Shown: piece by piece, positions 21,190 to 25,325 of the stretch
Numbering within the stretch: position 1 is the first letter of the stretch
Layout of the letters: each line of letters starts with the position of its first letter
Assembly: GCF_006345805.1 (NCBI RefSeq)
Contig: NW_021836262.1
Span: 1 to 25,325 of the forward strand
DNA: 25,325 nucleotides
Origin: Octopus sinensis
Lineage: Eukaryota
Direction: 5' to 3'
Position numbers and translations under genes: made by a program
Notes under the pieces: model-generated
The model's database searches: none
Told to the model about the DNA's origin: nothing
What the model saw: only the letters and a program-made list of their open reading frames with translations

Positions 21190-21575
21190 CAAAAGTCTTC
21201 ACGCCGGTAGGTTGCGCCAGTTCCCGGCTGTTACTCTAGGAAATAGATATTGAACGCGCCCTCCTCTGATGTATGATTTTCACTGAACGTGTCGAGCAGA
21301 GAGTTTACCAAATGCTTGGTGATACCCAGGCTCAAACTGCACAAGATTAAGCAGGCATTTGGCGATGATGCATAAGGCTAAGCTAAACCTCATCAAACAT
21401 TGCTGAACCTCAGTGGACAGCGAGGCACTCTCGCGGAGGCGAAACGAGCAGCCGATCGAGAAGGTTGGGTGCATAGTCATGGAAGACAATCGTGTAATAC
21501 TCTAGGAAATTCAACAAAAAGTAGGAAGAAATCCATTCCATTTAAATGGAAGATTTGCACCTGAGAAGCGTAAAT
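21190..21575 (+). pseudogene. mariner transposase N-terminal (HTH) remnant
   Basis: TERVEQR..QMLGDTQAQT / KIKQAFGDDA ... IEKVGCIVMEDNRVIL*EIQQKVG / MEDLHLRSV follows the mariner pattern EQR.CIKFC.KLG...ET..KI..AFGDDA...V...VM.DRR.TI.EI...VG...EDL.MR.V. Confidence 0.8.
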
Positions 21576-22844
21576 GCATATGTGTGTGTGTGTGAGAGAG
21601 AGAGAGAGTGAGCGTGGGTGCGTGTGTGTGTGTGAGAGAGTGAGCGTGTGTGCGTGTGTGTGTGTGTACATGTTATCTCAACGCATTTTTATAACCTGCC
21701 ATATCAGGAATCCAGGATAAAAAAGTGTTTGCCGCAAATGAGAGTCAAGCTTCTTTGGACAGTATCTATCCCAGCAATTGCTTTTCAGATCATCAACAAG
21801 CTTAACTTTAAAGCTTGAATCAAATCACTTCTGCAATATGGCATAGAGGCCTGCAAAACACCGGAAACACCCACAGTCTTCGACAACACTCCCGTTTATG
21901 ATTTTCTTGTGGACTTCATTTTTTACAAATAGCAATAAACGGGTAAAGGTAGGCGAAAATACATTCTAGCTTATAGCTTTTTCATCTCCAAAATGATAAA
22001 TTTTAATTGAAAGTGATATGAAAAGACAAAACCATTCCACTTGTCAGCTACATGTAAACGTTGAAGGCTGCAGCGTATATCGCGTTGATCCAGCTTTGTG
22101 AGAGAGAGATATATATTGCACAATTTATTCTGACTTCCTATTCAGATGCGATATTAGATTTAGTGACTTCGTGAAAGCGGATTAGCTAGTGCTGAGCACG
22201 TATTTATTAGATTGTAGAGTAGCACTGATTGAAACGGAGAATGATTTCCTGAAAAGATGATAAATACCGATGAGGTTGAATTTAGAGTAACAAGCCACTA
22301 AAAACACGCCAAATTGATGATGTTACGTTAAGAATTCTGTATTATGATGTAAAAAATACAACTGTATTAGATGCGTCAAAGAATATAATCCATGTTCACC
22401 GTGGACACAGCGAAAACAATGTGACATACCACAGATCGTCAAAACGTCCGTCACATACTAGCATATACGAGTGGAGCTGCAGTGTATCTGAATATCTAAT
22501 GATAAACTACTAATAAATTAACTGTAAATTTGTTAAAATGTAAAGTGCAGATGTTTAAGCATCATACGAGAATGAATTTACAAGCCAGCAAGATTTTCCG
22601 AATTAAAATCAAGCCAATATGGGGTTTCCGGATTAACATTTATTTCTTTGATAACTGTCAATATATTGCAATATTTAGTTGCCATTTATCATTCTGTGTT
22701 CAGCCAAATAATCCTCGATATACTTAGCCTTGAGCCAATAGGAGACATAATTCTTTTGTTAATGTATTAAGGTATTAAGCACAAATTGTTGTATATTTAA
22801 GCTGATAGTCTATAGTTGTTCATTTTCTAAACATATTTATGTAT

Positions 22845-22973
22845 GGACACACCCACACACCTACACTCACACGCATATACATACACACACACCTATATAT
22901 ATATATACATACATACATATAATATAAACATACTATATACATACAGATGTATATATATATAATATATATATAC

Positions 22974-23039
<66 letters not shown>

Positions 23040-23040
23040 T
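22845..23040. repeat. (CA)/(TA)n cluster
   Basis: Direct inspection. Confidence 0.9.
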
Positions 23041-23225
23041 AAGAAAGTTTTGTTTGGTAAAGCACGTGGGTGAATATATAAGAAAATAGTAAAGTGTGAA
23101 AAAACGACCAGAAGGCTTAAATGTTAAAAAATATATATTTGTGTCAAAATGTCTGGAGAATATTGGAAAAATTTTTTTTTCTTTTTTTTCCCTTTCCTTA
23201 AAATGACATAATTTTAAATTTTTTA

Positions 23226-23264
23226 AAGAAATTACCGGTTTCGCGTGTAGCTTTTCAATTTCTT
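23226..23264 (-). ncRNA. Degenerate minimal hammerhead in the Penelope 3' region
   Basis: AAGAAAU-UGAAAA-GC-UACAC-GC-GAAA-CCGG-UA-AUUUCUU: 7-bp stem I, GAAA, palindromic ACCGGU stem III, but the core is damaged. Confidence 0.5.
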
Positions 23265-23399
23265 GTGACGTTATGTTTATATTGCATGGAATTATCGTTG
23301 TTTTTATTCCAGGAGATTTCTAAATAAGGGGAGGTAGTGAGTGATTTTTGTCCGGTGTAGGGGAGATAATCGCTTAAAAATTTTTTTCCCTTTCCTTGT

Positions 23400-24430
23400 T
23401 AATTTCTCTGTGTCAGTATGTTCGGATGGTTGAGTCTGTGTTTGTACTTTTCAATGAAGAATGTTTCCTTGTCAGTCTCATTTGTGTTGATGATCCGAAA
23501 GCACATGGTAAAATGGGAAGATTAAAAATTGTGGCAGTAGTTGCGTTTGCTTTGTGCATTTCTCAATGTTGCTCACTAAAAGGTATCATTCTATATTCTG
23601 GGAATGCAATCTGTTGTCGATGCAGTGTGCATCTGCGCCTGAGTGATAGTCCCGTGGAACCCACGTAGTCTTGGTGGCAGCCCGAGCATTTAATAACATA
23701 ATTATGTTTTTCAAGGCACAAGTAAAGTTAGATTTGATCTTAAATTTCTGTCCCTCTTTAAAGAAGAATTCTGATCCTTCCATAGGTTAGGAAATGTTGG
23801 CACAGTTCGATCTACCACATTTTTTTTACTTTTGCATCCGTAATTTTAGAAGACAATTTTGCCTTTGTGAGAATCTTTTTAAGTGATTTAGGCTGTGTTT
23901 GTAGCTTTTAGATTTGGTTATTTTGTATGTTAGAATTTCCTTTAATTTTGGGTTTTTATGAAGTATTGGTAATCTGGATGATGATGGTGAAGGCTTCTTT
24001 GTTTCTGGGGGTTGTATGTAGATATGTAAGGTAGTATTTTCGGGGAAGGTGTGTTGTTGTGTTGAACTTTTCTTAAAGTTTCTATGTTGATTTTGTTGCA
24101 CGTCTGATCCCATCCTCTATGAGTTGAGCTGGGTAATGTCTGTCAATTAGGGTGGTTTTTGATGTTCTTGCAGTCTAAAGTTCCTGGTATGGTATTTTGT
24201 TCTGACACTATTGTGCATATCCTTCTTGCAAGGTTGAAGGGGATGTTTGTTTTAGTGTGTCTTGGGTGGCAATGAATTAAAAGAAGGTATTGTTTGGCGT
24301 CTGTGGCTTTGTAAAAATGTCTGTTTCTATTTTAAGGTTAATTTTTTTAATTAGTATATCCAAGAACGGGAGCTCCTTTTGGTTGTATTTCATTGTGAAC
24401 TGTATATTTGGGTTATCCACGAAGTTATAA
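23400..24430 (-). pseudogene. Penelope-like retroelement (Poseidon-type): RT C-terminus, linker and GIY-YIG endonuclease, frameshifted
   Basis: NPNIQFTMKYNQKELPFLDILIKK..IETDIF / YKATDAKQYLL..CHPRHTKTNIPFNLARRICTIVS / RHYPAQLI / LPILHKNPKLKEIL / QPKSLKKILTKAK..CGRSNC / FTCALKNI / YVIKCSGCHQDYVGSTGLSLRRRCTLHRQQI / FLIFPFY. Confidence 0.92.
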
Positions 24431-24499
24431 ATCGGATGTTCTTAAACAGGGTTGACATCGCTAGTGAAAATGCGCTTTGCATGATTATATATATATATA

Positions 24500-24600
24500 T
24501 ATTCACACTAAACCCTTCTTAGTTTCTCTCTCTGTTATTTCTGTGTTCCTTTCTGTTCAAGAGAGTAGACTCGAAAGGTAAAAGACTTTATCACCTTCTC
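24500..24600 (+). mobile_element. pLTR-like fragment with decayed hammerhead (24549-24584), opposite strand to the adjacent Penelope ORF
   Basis: CTTT-CTGTTCA-A-GAGAGTAGACTC-GAAA-GGTA-AAAG-ACTTT; same family as 7663-7698. Confidence 0.5.
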
Positions 24601-24605
24601 TAGAT

Positions 24606-25062
24606 TACTCTTTTACTCTTTTACTTGTTTCAGTCATTTGACTGCGGCCATGCTGGAGCACACGCCTTTAATCGAGCAACTCGACCCGGGACTTATTGTT
24701 TTTGTAAGCCCAGTACTTATTCTATCGGTCTCTTTTGCCGAACCGCTAAGTAACGGGGACGTAAACACACCAGCATCGTTGGTCAAGCAATGCTAGGGGG
24801 ATAAACACAGACACAAACACACACACGCATATATAATATATATATATTAATATTATATATATAATTATATATATATAATATATATCTATATACATATATA
24901 CGACGGGTTTCTTTCAGTTTCCGTCTACCAAATCCACTCACAAGGAATTGGTCGCCCGGGGCTATAGTAGAAGACACTTGCCCAAGATGCCCACGCAGTG
25001 GGACTGAACCCGGAACATGTGGTTGGTTAGCAAGCTACTTACCACACAGCCACTCCTGCGCC
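24606..25062 (-). mobile_element. tRNA-derived SINE family A, full length
   Basis: Reverse complement of the 513-927 consensus from GGCGCAGGAGTGGC to the (AAAAGAGT)n tail. Confidence 0.92.
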
Positions 25063-25155
25063 TGGAATATATATATTCTCTTCCTTTTAGTTTTTCTGTA
25101 AATTTCAACTATATATATATCTATATATATATATATATATATTATTCAATTTTAG

Positions 25156-25325
25156 ATGCGGCAGAATTGTAAGCACGCCGAGTGAAATGATGTAGTGGTG
25201 TTCATCCTTATTCACATTCTGAGTATAAATCCCGCCGAAGTTGACTTTGCTTTCAATCCTTTCGGAGAGGATAAATTATGTCACGGAAGAGTACTGGGGT
25301 TAGTACCACCATTCGAAATTGCTTG
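25156..25325 (+). mobile_element. SINE family B, diverged, runs off the window
   Basis: GGCAGAATTGTAAGCACGCCG...TTCTGAGTATAAATCCCGCCGAAGTTGACTTTGCTTTCAATCCTTTCGG. Confidence 0.75.

Overview
AT-rich, repeat-saturated eukaryotic DNA with no supportable intact protein-coding gene; almost every ORF in the supplied track is a microsatellite or SINE read-through. The tRNA-derived SINE families look like those I recall from octopus/coleoid genomes (inference, not searched). Contents: about 9 copies of a tRNA-headed SINE with an internal microsatellite (family A), 4 copies of a second SINE (family B), CORE-type SINE pieces, a frameshifted Penelope-like retroelement (RT C-terminus plus GIY-YIG, 23.4-24.4 kb, minus), a dead GTF2IRD2/SPIN-type hAT transposase (13.7-14.2 kb), an R4/Dong-type LINE 3' end with an unknown 550-bp partner in (TAA)n, inverted mariner remnants, and very large microsatellites. 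The most interesting signal is a set of six hammerhead-ribozyme-like motifs from three unrelated repeat families. The best is a type I hammerhead with a non-canonical compensatory U3:A8 core (UUGAUAA). It sits in a ~314-nt tandem, partly inverted, retrozyme/pLTR-like unit present twice, and its stem I covaries between the two copies. Alignments and translations were done by eye; coordinates of degenerate repeats are approximate.
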